64,000 bases of DNA from the NCBI GenBank assembly GCA_963666835.2, contig CAXXGO010000006.1:1312001-1376000 (forward strand). The letters run 5' to 3'. The position numbers and the translations under genes were made by a program. The DNA comes from Phycisphaerae bacterium. Its GTDB lineage: Bacteria; Planctomycetota; Phycisphaerae; UBA1845. Shown piece after piece: positions 41,273 through 50,245 of this stretch (position 1 is the first letter of the stretch; every line of letters begins with the position of its first letter). Below the pieces are notes generated by a model that had not been told where the DNA came from, did not search any database, and saw only the letters and a program-made list of their open reading frames with translations.

Positions 41273-42409
41273 CTACTGAATCGCCCACCAGCCGGATGCG
41301 TCTCGTTGGCGGTGCCGAATGGCGTCCAACGCGAGTGGCTTAGCATGGGGAACAACGTCGAGCGCCCAGGGCGACGAATCAACGGGAGCCGAGCCGTCGA
41401 ACTCCGATTCCCGAACCTCCGTTCGGCTGGGATACCATAGATCGACGGTTTCAATCGCCTTACGCTTTGTCATCATCTCCACGTGACCGTCGAACAAAGC
41501 CGCGTTGATCGCCGGCTCACTGTTGAGCCGATGCCGATAGACGGACTCATCTCCTCTCGGAACGGTATCCGGTTCGGCGGCGCCGATGGCATTAACGTAC
41601 GCGGCCGAGTGGCTGCTGCACGGCCCAGCCGCCGAAAACGTACCCCCATCCGCTGCATAGTAGATGATGTCGGACGTATGTCCGTGACGATCTACCGAGC
41701 GCACCCCTTCGGCCAGCAACACTTTCCGGGAAGGCCTCTTGATGGCGGAGAAGGTCGGCTTGTAACCGCATGGTGTTCGAGCGGAATCGCCGAAGTAGGT
41801 GGGATAATAGACGGCATTGTGTCGGTACAGCTCACCGTAGTCGGCATTCGTAGACTGCCAGCCGAAGTACATGAAGCTACGGATCGTACAATAGCTGTTG
41901 GCCGGCACGGGGCCGTCCCATCCCCACCGGTCGGCCGCGCAGTTGGGGTGAAAGGTCTCGACAACGGCGTCGTTGCTGGGGCAGCGGAAGATACGCTCGC
42001 GTAACCGGGCCATTCGCTCCGCGCGATCCGTCGGCAGGTCCGCTTGCCCCATACCGTAAACCGCAACCGGACCCGCCCAATCCCAGGATTGGGTGATAGC
42101 TTCGGCGGGCACGGTCTTATCTGCGGGGCTGTAACCCGGTATCAAGAATGCGAGAGGCGCTCCCGAGCCGCCCGGAGCGCCGGGGATCCAATCATCGAAC
42201 TGAGTGGCGTAGTTCACCATACCAGTACAGAGATCGTGAAGGTGCGCGGCGCAAACGACTGCCTTCGCTCTCGCACGCGCGGTTCGCAGAGTCGGTAAGA
42301 GAATCGCGAATATCAGAGCGATGATCCCAATTACCACCAGCAATTCGATAAGCGTGAACGCCGAAGCCGAACGTTCCCGACGTTTGCACCTCTTCTTATC
42401 CGCATACAT
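41273..42409 (-). CDS. prepilin-type N-terminal cleavage/methylation protein (DUF1559/H-X9-DG type)
   Basis: AFTLIELLVVIGIIALIFAILLP, FRCPSN and HR......NAALFDGHV motifs. Confidence 0.9.
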   Translation of the reverse strand: MYADKKRCKRRERSASAFTLIELLVVIGIIALIFAILLPTLRTARARAKAVVCAAHLHDLCTGMVNYATQFDDWIPGAPGGSGAPLAFLIPGYSPADKTVPAEAITQSWDWAGPVAVYGMGQADLPTDRAERMARLRERIFRCPSNDAVVETFHPNCAADRWGWDGPVPANSYCTIRSFMYFGWQSTNADYGELYRHNAVYYPTYFGDSARTPCGYKPTFSAIKRPSRKVLLAEGVRSVDRHGHTSDIIYYAADGGTFSAAGPCSSHSAAYVNAIGAAEPDTVPRGDESVYRHRLNSEPAINAALFDGHVEMMTKRKAIETVDLWYPSRTEVRESEFDGSAPVDSSPWALDVVPHAKPLALDAIRHRQRDASGWWAIQ

Positions 42410-42472
42410 GTGGTTGCTCCGTGGAATACCGGACTCCGGGGCACCCTCCCCAGTTGCGTTACGCGTCGGGCG

Positions 42473-43438
42473 TCACCATGGCAATGTCGCCCGAGACCGC
42501 GCACCGCCGAAATACACTTTGCCGGCCGTGAGCAACAGCAGGCTTAAAACGAGCAGCCCCCATTCGGACGTCGTGGGTATGGCCGCCTCGCATTCAGGGC
42601 CGAAGATCGCATCATCCACACCGGGGCATTGATCAACACAATCGGGAACCCCATCCTGGTCCTGGTCGGCATCATCTTCAAAGACAATCTCCAAATACGG
42701 ATGAAAGGCACTGTCCCCGAACTCGCGACTGCGGAACTTTGCCAACCGGCTGACCGTACCGCCGCCGGGGTCGCTTTCGATCTCCGCGCCGTCCTGCAGA
42801 ATCACGCCCAGATTGTCACAGGATCCCTCGACCCACTCCCGCACGAGAGTGGTAATGTCCCATGACATCCACTGACCGGCAGTCGCCGGCACAATCTCCG
42901 ACGCGTAAACCGTTCCATCGAAGTCACCGCCTCCCGGTTGGTAGCCCGGCAGGCCCGCGTCGTAGCTGTCCCAGTAAAGAGGATCGGGCGTATCAAAGTT
43001 GTCGCAGGCCTGCCAGGTCGAGTACAGTTCGTCCCACGAATTGGTCAAGCGCCTTACTTCGTAAGTACGCCCGGCCGGGTCGGTTTGCGAGTAGCCGTAG
43101 TAGTACAGGTTCAACGTTGCCTGACTGATATTGCCGGCCGGCAAGGCAAAGGAAGAAACGTCGAACGCCAGCACGGAGCGGAAGTTCTTGGGCTCCCTAC
43201 TGCTCTGCGGGCCCCACCATGCACTGCGCACCCGCAACTCCTCCATTCCGCCGTTGTTGGCGGTGCAACCGGTCGAGCATGAACTGATCCAGTTATCTGC
43301 AACCGGTTCGAACTGCGCAGTCTCCGCTTGCGTCACTGACGCCGAGAGTAGACCTGCCAGAAGCCCTATCAAACAAGCCCTTTGCCCAACCGGGCTCCGA
43401 GGCCGGCTTGATCTCGAAGTCTGATGGGAAACATACAT
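42473..43438 (-). CDS. secreted DNRLRE/CBM96-like protein with IPTL-CTERM
   Basis: VADNWISSC, VLAFDVS, WDITTLVREW, FRSRE..PYLEIVF and AIPTTSEWGL-TM. AGGAGG RBS. Confidence 0.82.
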   Translation of the reverse strand: MYVSHQTSRSSRPRSPVGQRACLIGLLAGLLSASVTQAETAQFEPVADNWISSCSTGCTANNGGMEELRVRSAWWGPQSSREPKNFRSVLAFDVSSFALPAGNISQATLNLYYYGYSQTDPAGRTYEVRRLTNSWDELYSTWQACDNFDTPDPLYWDSYDAGLPGYQPGGGDFDGTVYASEIVPATAGQWMSWDITTLVREWVEGSCDNLGVILQDGAEIESDPGGGTVSRLAKFRSREFGDSAFHPYLEIVFEDDADQDQDGVPDCVDQCPGVDDAIFGPECEAAIPTTSEWGLLVLSLLLLTAGKVYFGGARSRATLPW

Positions 43439-43534
43439 ATAAATCGCCCTCCTCCTAAGATAGCCTATTACATACCCCCGACATTGCCCGCCGGGTCGCC
43501 GCCGCTCAACGCATCGGACGGCGATACGTCTTGT

Positions 43535-43732
43535 TTAGTTGTGCTCACCGTCGGAAAGCGGCCAGCGGTCCAGGCGTCCAGGGCTGGCGCCGTCATTCAG
43601 AACCTCACCGTACCGGGTCATGACCTGCTTCATGAGCGTGCCCAAATCCCTGACCTGCTTCTTGGACAGATGGACTGTCGTACTCTCAATGGTGAGATGA
43701 AAGCAGCCGTGCGGACATCGAAACAGTTTCAT
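43535..43732 (-). CDS. small protein with CPHGCFHL motif, directly after feoB
   Basis: AGAGGA RBS, ATG 43732, 65 aa starting MKLFRCPHGCFHLTIESTTVHL. Confidence 0.65.
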   Translation of the reverse strand: MKLFRCPHGCFHLTIESTTVHLSKKQVRDLGTLMKQVMTRYGEVLNDGASPGRLDRWPLSDGEHN

Positions 43733-43801
43733 CGGTTCATCCTCTCTGCGTATTACTGCATACAGTCGCCGCGACAATGGCACGGCGCCACAGCGCACTA
43801 T

Positions 43802-45988
43802 CTATCCGGTTGTGAACACGCTACCCACCTGGTAAACCGCGGTGGTCAGAATCCATGCCAGGGCGGTCAGTCCGCCCAATTGAAACAGCGCAAAGCCCCA
43901 GGAGTTACTCTCCCGTTTGGTTACGGCAATCGTTGCCATGCATGGGGCACTCACCAGGCAGAACAGCATGATGCAGAACGCCTGGAGTGGAGAGTAGCTC
44001 TCCCGTAAGCGATTACGGAGCGAATCGGATTCCTCATCAGCTTCGCCCACGGAATAGACAATGCCCAGTTGGGCCACGAACACTTCCTTTGCGGCAAAGG
44101 CCCCGATCAGCGCCGTTCCGATCTTCCAGTCGAATCCCATTGGTCGGAGCACCGGCTCAATGGCGGATCCGACTCGCCCGGCCACCGTGTAGGCCAACTC
44201 TTCGGCCTGCCTGGCCTGGTCAATCGCGGCAGTCTTTGCGGCGTGTGCGTCGGAATCGGCGGCGTGCTGCGATACGAGCGCGGCAATCTCACCTTCATAG
44301 TCGCGCGAGAAACGGGTCTGCTTGGGATAGCTCGTCATCGCCCACAGAACGATTGATATCCCCAGAATGACGGTGCCGGCCTTCTTGAGATACAACCACG
44401 CCCGTTCCCAAGTGTGGAGCATCATGCCCTTCAACGTTGGCATGCGATATGGCGGCAGTTCCATGACGAACGGCGGTGCCGGCCCCTTGAAAAGCGTGGC
44501 CTTCAGCAGTTTCGCGGCAAACACGGCCAGGACGACACCGATCATGTAGATAACCCACAACATCGGGGCGTGCCACGTCTGAGGAAAGAACGCCGGGATG
44601 ATCAGAGCATAAATCGGAAGCCGGGCTCCGCAGCTCATCAGCGGCACAACGAGCATTGTGGTAAGGCGGTCCCGCCGGTTCTCAATCGTGCGTGTGGCCA
44701 TGATTGCCGGAATGGAGCAGCCGAAGCCGATCAACATCGGGATGAAACTCTTACCGTGGAGACCGATCTTGTGCATGAAGCGGTCCATCAGAAAGGCGGC
44801 GCGGGCCATGTAGCCGGAGTCTTCCAGGATGGTGATCGCCAGAAACAGCAGCACAATGTTGGGCAGGAACACAAGGACACCGCCGACACCACCAATGATC
44901 CCGTCCACCAGAAGCGACCGGATGGCACTTTCGGAGCCCGGCGCCCAAAGCGAAGAGATCGCCCCACCGAGCCAACCGAACAGGCTTTCCAGCCAACCCA
45001 TGGGCGGATCTCCCAGGGTGAACGTCAGGTGGAACACCAGGTACATCAATATGAAGAAGACCGGCAGGCCCAGCACGCGGTTCGTTACGATGGCGTCGAT
45101 CTGGTCGGACGTGGTGTGGCGGGCTTCCACCGTGGACCGGACCGCCTCCGTACAAGCCCCACTAATGAAGCCGTAACGCCGCTCGGCGATAATCACCTCC
45201 GGCGGATGACCCAGAAGATCCTCAATGCGCTTCGAGCTATGGTCGACGGCCGCAACAACGGAATGCGAAGCCAACTGTTCGCGCAAGTCCGTATCGTTTT
45301 CCAGCAATTTGATGGCCAGCCAGCGCGGCTCATACTTGCCGGATAGGGCGTTGCTGCCTTTGATCAGATCGGCGAGCCGGGCGATCTCCTCTTCGAGTTC
45401 GCGGCCATAGCTGACCTGTACGGGCGCGTCTTGCTGGTGTTCAACTGTCGACAGGATGGCATCGAGAAGTTCACCAATCCCCTCCTTCTTGTGCCCTACA
45501 GTCGGCACTACCGGCGCCCCGAGTAACTGGGACAGAAGCTGAAGATCAAATTCCGTCCCGCGCGCCGCTGCAACGTCGCTCATGTTGAGTGCCAACACCA
45601 GCCGCAGGTTCATCTCCATCAGTTGGGTTGCGAGATACAGATTCCGCTCGAGATTCGAGGCGTCGAGAACGACAACAACGACATCAGGCCGGGCGTCCAG
45701 AAGATGATCCCGCGCAACGGTCTCCTCAACGGAATGCGCGGTCAGGCTATACGTACCCGGCAGGTCGGCGATGTTGAGCTCGAGGCCCTTATGCCGGCAT
45801 ACGCCGCTCTTCTTCTCGACGGTTACGCCGGGGTAGTTGCCCACGTGCTGTCTCGCCCCGGTCAGGTCGTTGAAGATCGTGGTCTTGCCGGAATTGGGAT
45901 TCCCGGCCAGCGCCACGTTCACGCATCGGCGATCCGTGGCCTCTTCCCTTCGTCGCCGAGATTCGGCATTACGCATAATGTTCGTCAT
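43802..45988 (-). CDS. feoB: ferrous iron transport protein B
   Basis: GNPNSGKT, VGNYPGVTVEKK, DLPGTYSL, LNMSD, GFGCSIPA, SCGARLPIY and FVMELPPY motifs. Confidence 0.97.
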   Translation of the reverse strand: MTNIMRNAESRRRREEATDRRCVNVALAGNPNSGKTTIFNDLTGARQHVGNYPGVTVEKKSGVCRHKGLELNIADLPGTYSLTAHSVEETVARDHLLDARPDVVVVVLDASNLERNLYLATQLMEMNLRLVLALNMSDVAAARGTEFDLQLLSQLLGAPVVPTVGHKKEGIGELLDAILSTVEHQQDAPVQVSYGRELEEEIARLADLIKGSNALSGKYEPRWLAIKLLENDTDLREQLASHSVVAAVDHSSKRIEDLLGHPPEVIIAERRYGFISGACTEAVRSTVEARHTTSDQIDAIVTNRVLGLPVFFILMYLVFHLTFTLGDPPMGWLESLFGWLGGAISSLWAPGSESAIRSLLVDGIIGGVGGVLVFLPNIVLLFLAITILEDSGYMARAAFLMDRFMHKIGLHGKSFIPMLIGFGCSIPAIMATRTIENRRDRLTTMLVVPLMSCGARLPIYALIIPAFFPQTWHAPMLWVIYMIGVVLAVFAAKLLKATLFKGPAPPFVMELPPYRMPTLKGMMLHTWERAWLYLKKAGTVILGISIVLWAMTSYPKQTRFSRDYEGEIAALVSQHAADSDAHAAKTAAIDQARQAEELAYTVAGRVGSAIEPVLRPMGFDWKIGTALIGAFAAKEVFVAQLGIVYSVGEADEESDSLRNRLRESYSPLQAFCIMLFCLVSAPCMATIAVTKRESNSWGFALFQLGGLTALAWILTTAVYQVGSVFTTG

Positions 45989-46031
45989 CCCGAACTTTTA
46001 CCGAAAAAAAAGACGTCGCGTCGACCCGCCT

Positions 46032-46253
46032 CTACGGCAAGACGAGGATCTTACTTACCATTCCGCGTCCCAAGACCAAGCGAGTATCTCCGACGGACAC
46101 AACGAGCGGGCCCTTCGCACTTCTGCTGATTACCTCGAGTTCCGTCCCCGGGACAAGCCCCATGGACGCAAGTCGAGCGGTAAGCGTGCGACCCGCACAT
46201 ATTCTGTGCAAGCGCACCCTGCACCCACTATCAATCAGCGAAAGCGGAACCAC
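46032..46253 (-). CDS. feoA: ferrous iron transport protein A
   Basis: RLASMGLVPG..GPLVV..RLVLGRG motif, upstream of feoB. Confidence 0.92.
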   Translation of the reverse strand: MVPLSLIDSGCRVRLHRICAGRTLTARLASMGLVPGTELEVISRSAKGPLVVSVGDTRLVLGRGMVSKILVLP

Positions 46254-46303
46254 CCGATCTCTCCTATTGCGGCTTTGAGGCCGCTACAGCTCCATTCTCG
46301 AAC

Positions 46304-47059
46304 TCACAGCGGCGTCACCGTGACCTTCTCGGCCTCTTCCTTTCTCAGCGAGAGGTGGTAGCCCTTGACCTTCACCTCAATAGGATCGCCCATGGGTGCC
46401 ACCCGCCCCATCTCCACCACCGAGCCGGGCGTGAGTCCCATCTCGATAAGCCGTTTGTTGGCCTCGCCGCGGCCTTTGATCCTCTCGACCTTGGCCTTCT
46501 GTCCCGGGCTCAGTTCTCTTAACACTACTGTTGTCACAGCCCTCCTCCCAGCGTTTGCTTCCTTCTTCTTGACGTCCTTCAGACAGGCGGTGATACAACG
46601 CTCACAGTCTTCAGGTTCACCATGTTCGCAGTGGTAACCGAAGCCCCTGATCCACTTGACCCCCGCACGCGGACATACATCTACAAACTCGATGAACTCC
46701 ATGAACCTCTCGAAGACTGCGGGCGGGATAGCATGTTCCATCTGGCAGGCCCCCTCGTCGGCCAGCTTCTCGTCGATCGCCAACACCTTGACCAAAAAAT
46801 CGCGCAGCACCTCATGCCGCCTGACCACCTCGCGGGCGGCCGCCTCGCCCTCGCGGGTGAGCGTGATCACCTCGTAAGGCGCGTAATTCACCAGCCCCTT
46901 CTCTGCCAAAGAGTGCAACGCCCCGGTCACCGACGAGCGGGCCACCTCGAGGCGCTTGGCGATGTCCCGAGCCCTGGCCGCCCCCTTTTCCGCCACCAGG
47001 TGGAAGATGGTCTCTAAGTAATCCTCGAGACTCTCGCTGAGTTTCGCTGTCGCTACCAT
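46304..47059 (-). CDS. DtxR/MntR-family metal-dependent regulator fused to FeoA through a Cys-rich linker
   Basis: SLEDYLETI, SVTGAL, RRHEVL, ACQMEH. Linker CPR...HCEH..DCERCITAC. C-terminal RLIEMGLTPG..APMGDP..LSLRKEEA. Confidence 0.92.
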   Translation of the reverse strand: MVATAKLSESLEDYLETIFHLVAEKGAARARDIAKRLEVARSSVTGALHSLAEKGLVNYAPYEVITLTREGEAAAREVVRRHEVLRDFLVKVLAIDEKLADEGACQMEHAIPPAVFERFMEFIEFVDVCPRAGVKWIRGFGYHCEHGEPEDCERCITACLKDVKKKEANAGRRAVTTVVLRELSPGQKAKVERIKGRGEANKRLIEMGLTPGSVVEMGRVAPMGDPIEVKVKGYHLSLRKEEAEKVTVTPL

Positions 47060-47111
47060 CGGTTCACTCCCACGCGGGAAACGGCCGGCAAGTTCTGTTC
47101 CACAAACTTCA

Positions 47112-47154
47112 TTCGGCATGCCGAACAATATACGCAAATACGAAACGCTGTCAA
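47112..47154 (-). promoter_or_regulatory. sigma70 promoter with adjacent palindromic operator (candidate DtxR-family box)
   Basis: TTGACA (47154-47149), 16-nt spacer, TATATT (47132-47127), then the perfect 14-bp palindrome TTCGGCATGCCGAA (47112-47125). Confidence 0.75.
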
Positions 47155-47339
47155 CCGGGCGATTAACGGCAGAAATTGCCCGTTTTCGCCGACGCCTGGC
47201 CGCAAACCGGGACGGGCGCCCCAATATGCAGCGCAGATGGGCGGGCTGGGGGGCCAGCGTCGAACGCGTAATTCATGCACGCTGCGGCTTGGATACTCGT
47301 GGTCGGTGCGAGATAATCCGGACATTCGAGCACTTATGC

Positions 47340-47858
47340 CTACGGCTCCTCAGCGAGATCACGCACTTGGCTAAGGAACACACAGTAGGCAGCATCGCGT
47401 TCGCACGCATACTCCAGATTCCAGATGATGTTCGATCTTTGTAGATCAGAAACATCAGAGTAGAGGTTCACGACCCCTGTCCCCGACGAACATTTCAGGC
47501 CGTATCTCGCATCCGGGCCACAGTCAGCATCTATCGACTTATGAACCGGATAGACGTACGCGTCAGAAAACAGCCGCTCCGGAGAGGGCACGGGGATCGC
47601 GCCCACGATGCGATTCGACGCTCCCGGCTCGGTCATCCGCCAGGTCCTGTCGCTCCCCCGGACATAGTCGTCGCTAACGAACAGGGTAGCGTGGTCCTTC
47701 AGCGGAAAGTAGGTGAGCGTCAGACCGCCTTCTTCGATCTGCCAGACCATAGATTCGGTGGCACCGTTGATGCGGTACAATTGCCACCCAAACCACGACA
47801 ACACGAGGACCACCAGAACTGAGAATATCTGCAATAGCCGCCGTACTGGTTTGGGCAT
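47340..47858 (-). CDS. hypothetical protein with N-terminal TM
   Basis: 172-aa ORF with a hydrophobic N-terminal anchor, co-oriented with the upstream gene. Confidence 0.6.
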   Translation of the reverse strand: MPKPVRRLLQIFSVLVVLVLSWFGWQLYRINGATESMVWQIEEGGLTLTYFPLKDHATLFVSDDYVRGSDRTWRMTEPGASNRIVGAIPVPSPERLFSDAYVYPVHKSIDADCGPDARYGLKCSSGTGVVNLYSDVSDLQRSNIIWNLEYACERDAAYCVFLSQVRDLAEEP

Positions 47859-47872
47859 TTGCTGTCCCTGCC

Positions 47873-49270
47873 TCAGCGTTCACGGTTAACGCGAAACCTC
47901 TCCAGCGGCACGATGTACTTGCCACCTTCCGCCAGAAGTCCCAGTCGTCGCTGATCGATGTCCAGCAAGTAGAGCTGCCCCCACCACTCCAGCAGCACCT
48001 CCGTTCCGGCGGGCAGGAACGTCGGCGAGGACGGATACGACCTGCCGAGCTTCATGAGTCCATAGCCGTCAGCCACCTGCATGATCGGTTCACCGTCCCG
48101 CGTCACGACAAAGTGTGCCCCCAATCCCGGCAGACATCGCAAGTGGTCGAGGCTCTTCGAGTCCTCCCAGAGCGCCGACCCCCAATCATCGCGACTCGCA
48201 TACCAGCCGGAGTTCGAGCGGACATAGTTAAGAGGAAACTCGGGGGGTGCCAGCGTGTCCATGCCTCGTACTTCGAGGACATTCCAGGGGGCCTTCCCTT
48301 GGACAACAACGACACGGTCGTTCTCCTGCTGGCCGAATAGGAACTCGCCGGACCGCGACCACGACACGAATGGCCAGAAGTCAGCAAGCTGGCACCCGAC
48401 CACCGTGTGGGCCTCTTCCCGGTTCAGATCAAAGACACGAAGCTCATGGCCGGCTGACCCCGTTTCGCGGCCGAGTGGCTTTGCCGCAAAGGCGACCACC
48501 GCGTTATCCGGCGACAGGCTCACACCGTCCATGAGGAATCGCTCGTGCGTCTGCCAGATCAGCGTCGATGCTTTAGCGCCTTCTCGATAGACGTACAGGC
48601 TGCCATCGACACCTCGGTAGGCAAAGGTCGATTCGTCCTCGCTGACGAGGAACGCGGCAGCCGGGAACGGGACCACGGTAGCCACACCTGTGCCGTCCAT
48701 GTTGATCCGCTTGATGAACCGGTCATCGTTGTCGATGAAGTAGACCGGCACGGCAGAGTTGGCCGTCCAAGTCGTGTCTTCTCGCAGCTCAAGATGCCCG
48801 AAGGTAGGCCGAGTGGCCAAATAGAACAGCGGCCCGACAATGCAGTAACTTGCAATGTTCGCCAGCAGAACGCCTCGAAGTAGCCGAAGCCGCGAACGCT
48901 CCAGCACCTCCGCAAATCCGCGTGTTGCGATGACAATACCCTCTACAATCAGGGTTTTGGCGAAGTAGATCAGGATCAAGATGAGGGCTACCCACCAGTA
49001 GCCCTTGGCAAAAGCTGGAACCGAGACATCGATGGAGCTTGCTTCGATCACGCTGTCTTGAAACACACATACGATACCGCCGGCAGAGGTCGATAGTACG
49101 TTCGCCCAGAGCAACCTACGAAACACACACCCGGTGGTAACGGCAACCACATGCCGGAAGACGAACCACTCAACAGAAGTTACCAGCAGTACCAGCGGGC
49201 CCAAGACGATCAGACCGGCGGCTGCAACGACAGGGAAGTTGATGGCGTCGGCAAGCATAGCCCCATGCAT
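47873..49270 (-). CDS. hypothetical membrane protein with TolB-like beta-propeller C-terminus
   Basis: Four TM segments (WANVLST, LANIASY), then VSEDES, LSPDN and WSRSG repeats. Start estimated at 49270. Confidence 0.7.
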   Translation of the reverse strand: MHGAMLADAINFPVVAAAGLIVLGPLVLLVTSVEWFVFRHVVAVTTGCVFRRLLWANVLSTSAGGIVCVFQDSVIEASSIDVSVPAFAKGYWWVALILILIYFAKTLIVEGIVIATRGFAEVLERSRLRLLRGVLLANIASYCIVGPLFYLATRPTFGHLELREDTTWTANSAVPVYFIDNDDRFIKRINMDGTGVATVVPFPAAAFLVSEDESTFAYRGVDGSLYVYREGAKASTLIWQTHERFLMDGVSLSPDNAVVAFAAKPLGRETGSAGHELRVFDLNREEAHTVVGCQLADFWPFVSWSRSGEFLFGQQENDRVVVVQGKAPWNVLEVRGMDTLAPPEFPLNYVRSNSGWYASRDDWGSALWEDSKSLDHLRCLPGLGAHFVVTRDGEPIMQVADGYGLMKLGRSYPSSPTFLPAGTEVLLEWWGQLYLLDIDQRRLGLLAEGGKYIVPLERFRVNRER

Positions 49271-49486
49271 ATCACTGCAAAACGTACTCGTCAGCACAAG
49301 AGAACTCTGATCGCTGAATAATATGCCACCGGCCCGGCCGATGGCAAGCGTCGGTTGCACGGTCGAGAACGCCATTCTTGTGCCAGTAGCTGCGTGCCCC
49401 TTTTTTTGACAAGTCCCCTTTTCACAGCTAATCTCAATAGACCAGGCGCCTGCGACTCGGCGATAGCTCAGCGGAGGGAATGGTCG

Positions 49487-50173
49487 GTGAAGGCCGAAAC
49501 GACAAGATCTTACGGCGTTCTGTCTCGGCGCCGTTGGATCGTCGTCATCCTCGGCACGCTGGCCAGCCTCGCCGTCGTGCTTGCCCCCAGAAACAACTCG
49601 ATGCCCGCCCCCGTCATCGCAGCCGTGGTGGGAGCGGTCGGTGTATGCCTGACCGATGTTCTTGTCTGGTCCGGCTTGGCGCGGAGGTGGAGACAAGCGG
49701 TGGCCCCACGCGCCGTAACGGCCGTGGTGGTCGGCGCGTCCGTAGGCTTTTGTTTCACGCTCACAGAAGGAGTCGCGTTCGGCAGAGCCTTCGGAACCGA
49801 CGTGCCGTCCGAGGTCAAGGATATCGTCGTCGAAGGATACTACGTCAGAGGCATTCCCGGCGGCGCCAGTGACCTCGTCATCTTCCTTCAGTTTGAAGCG
49901 AGCCAAGACCAGCTACAGAAGCTTCTGTCGCACCGGTCGTTTGAGCGCGACGCCGAACTGGAGCGTCAATGGTCTGACCCTTACCTGGGAAACAAGCATG
50001 TCTGGCGACACCTCTTCGGCGGTATGGCTGAGGCGTACGCCGGTGAGTCATGGCGGCAAGCGCCTGCAACGGACTGCGTCGAAATCTACCGTTGGGGCGA
50101 GGGATCGCCACAAACAACGGTGCTCTGTGACGTGGATTCCGGTCGGATCTACGCGCTTTTTATGCTTGGGTGA
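49487..50173 (+). CDS. hypothetical membrane protein
   Basis: GGAGG RBS before GTG, three TM segments, then a soluble domain. Confidence 0.6.
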   Translation: MKAETTRSYGVLSRRRWIVVILGTLASLAVVLAPRNNSMPAPVIAAVVGAVGVCLTDVLVWSGLARRWRQAVAPRAVTAVVVGASVGFCFTLTEGVAFGRAFGTDVPSEVKDIVVEGYYVRGIPGGASDLVIFLQFEASQDQLQKLLSHRSFERDAELERQWSDPYLGNKHVWRHLFGGMAEAYAGESWRQAPATDCVEIYRWGEGSPQTTVLCDVDSGRIYALFMLG

Positions 50174-50245
50174 CTGCGATTGAGGTCCCGCACACAGGAG
50201 GCATCCCTTGACACCTGAACTTCTTCGCACGGGAGATCAACAGCC

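Noticed and set aside
49271..49906. N-terminal 212 aa of the 677-aa ORF
   Set aside because: It overlaps the divergent 49487-50173 gene and a repeat-like GTAGCTGCGTGCCCCTTTT tract. The real start is probably near 49270.
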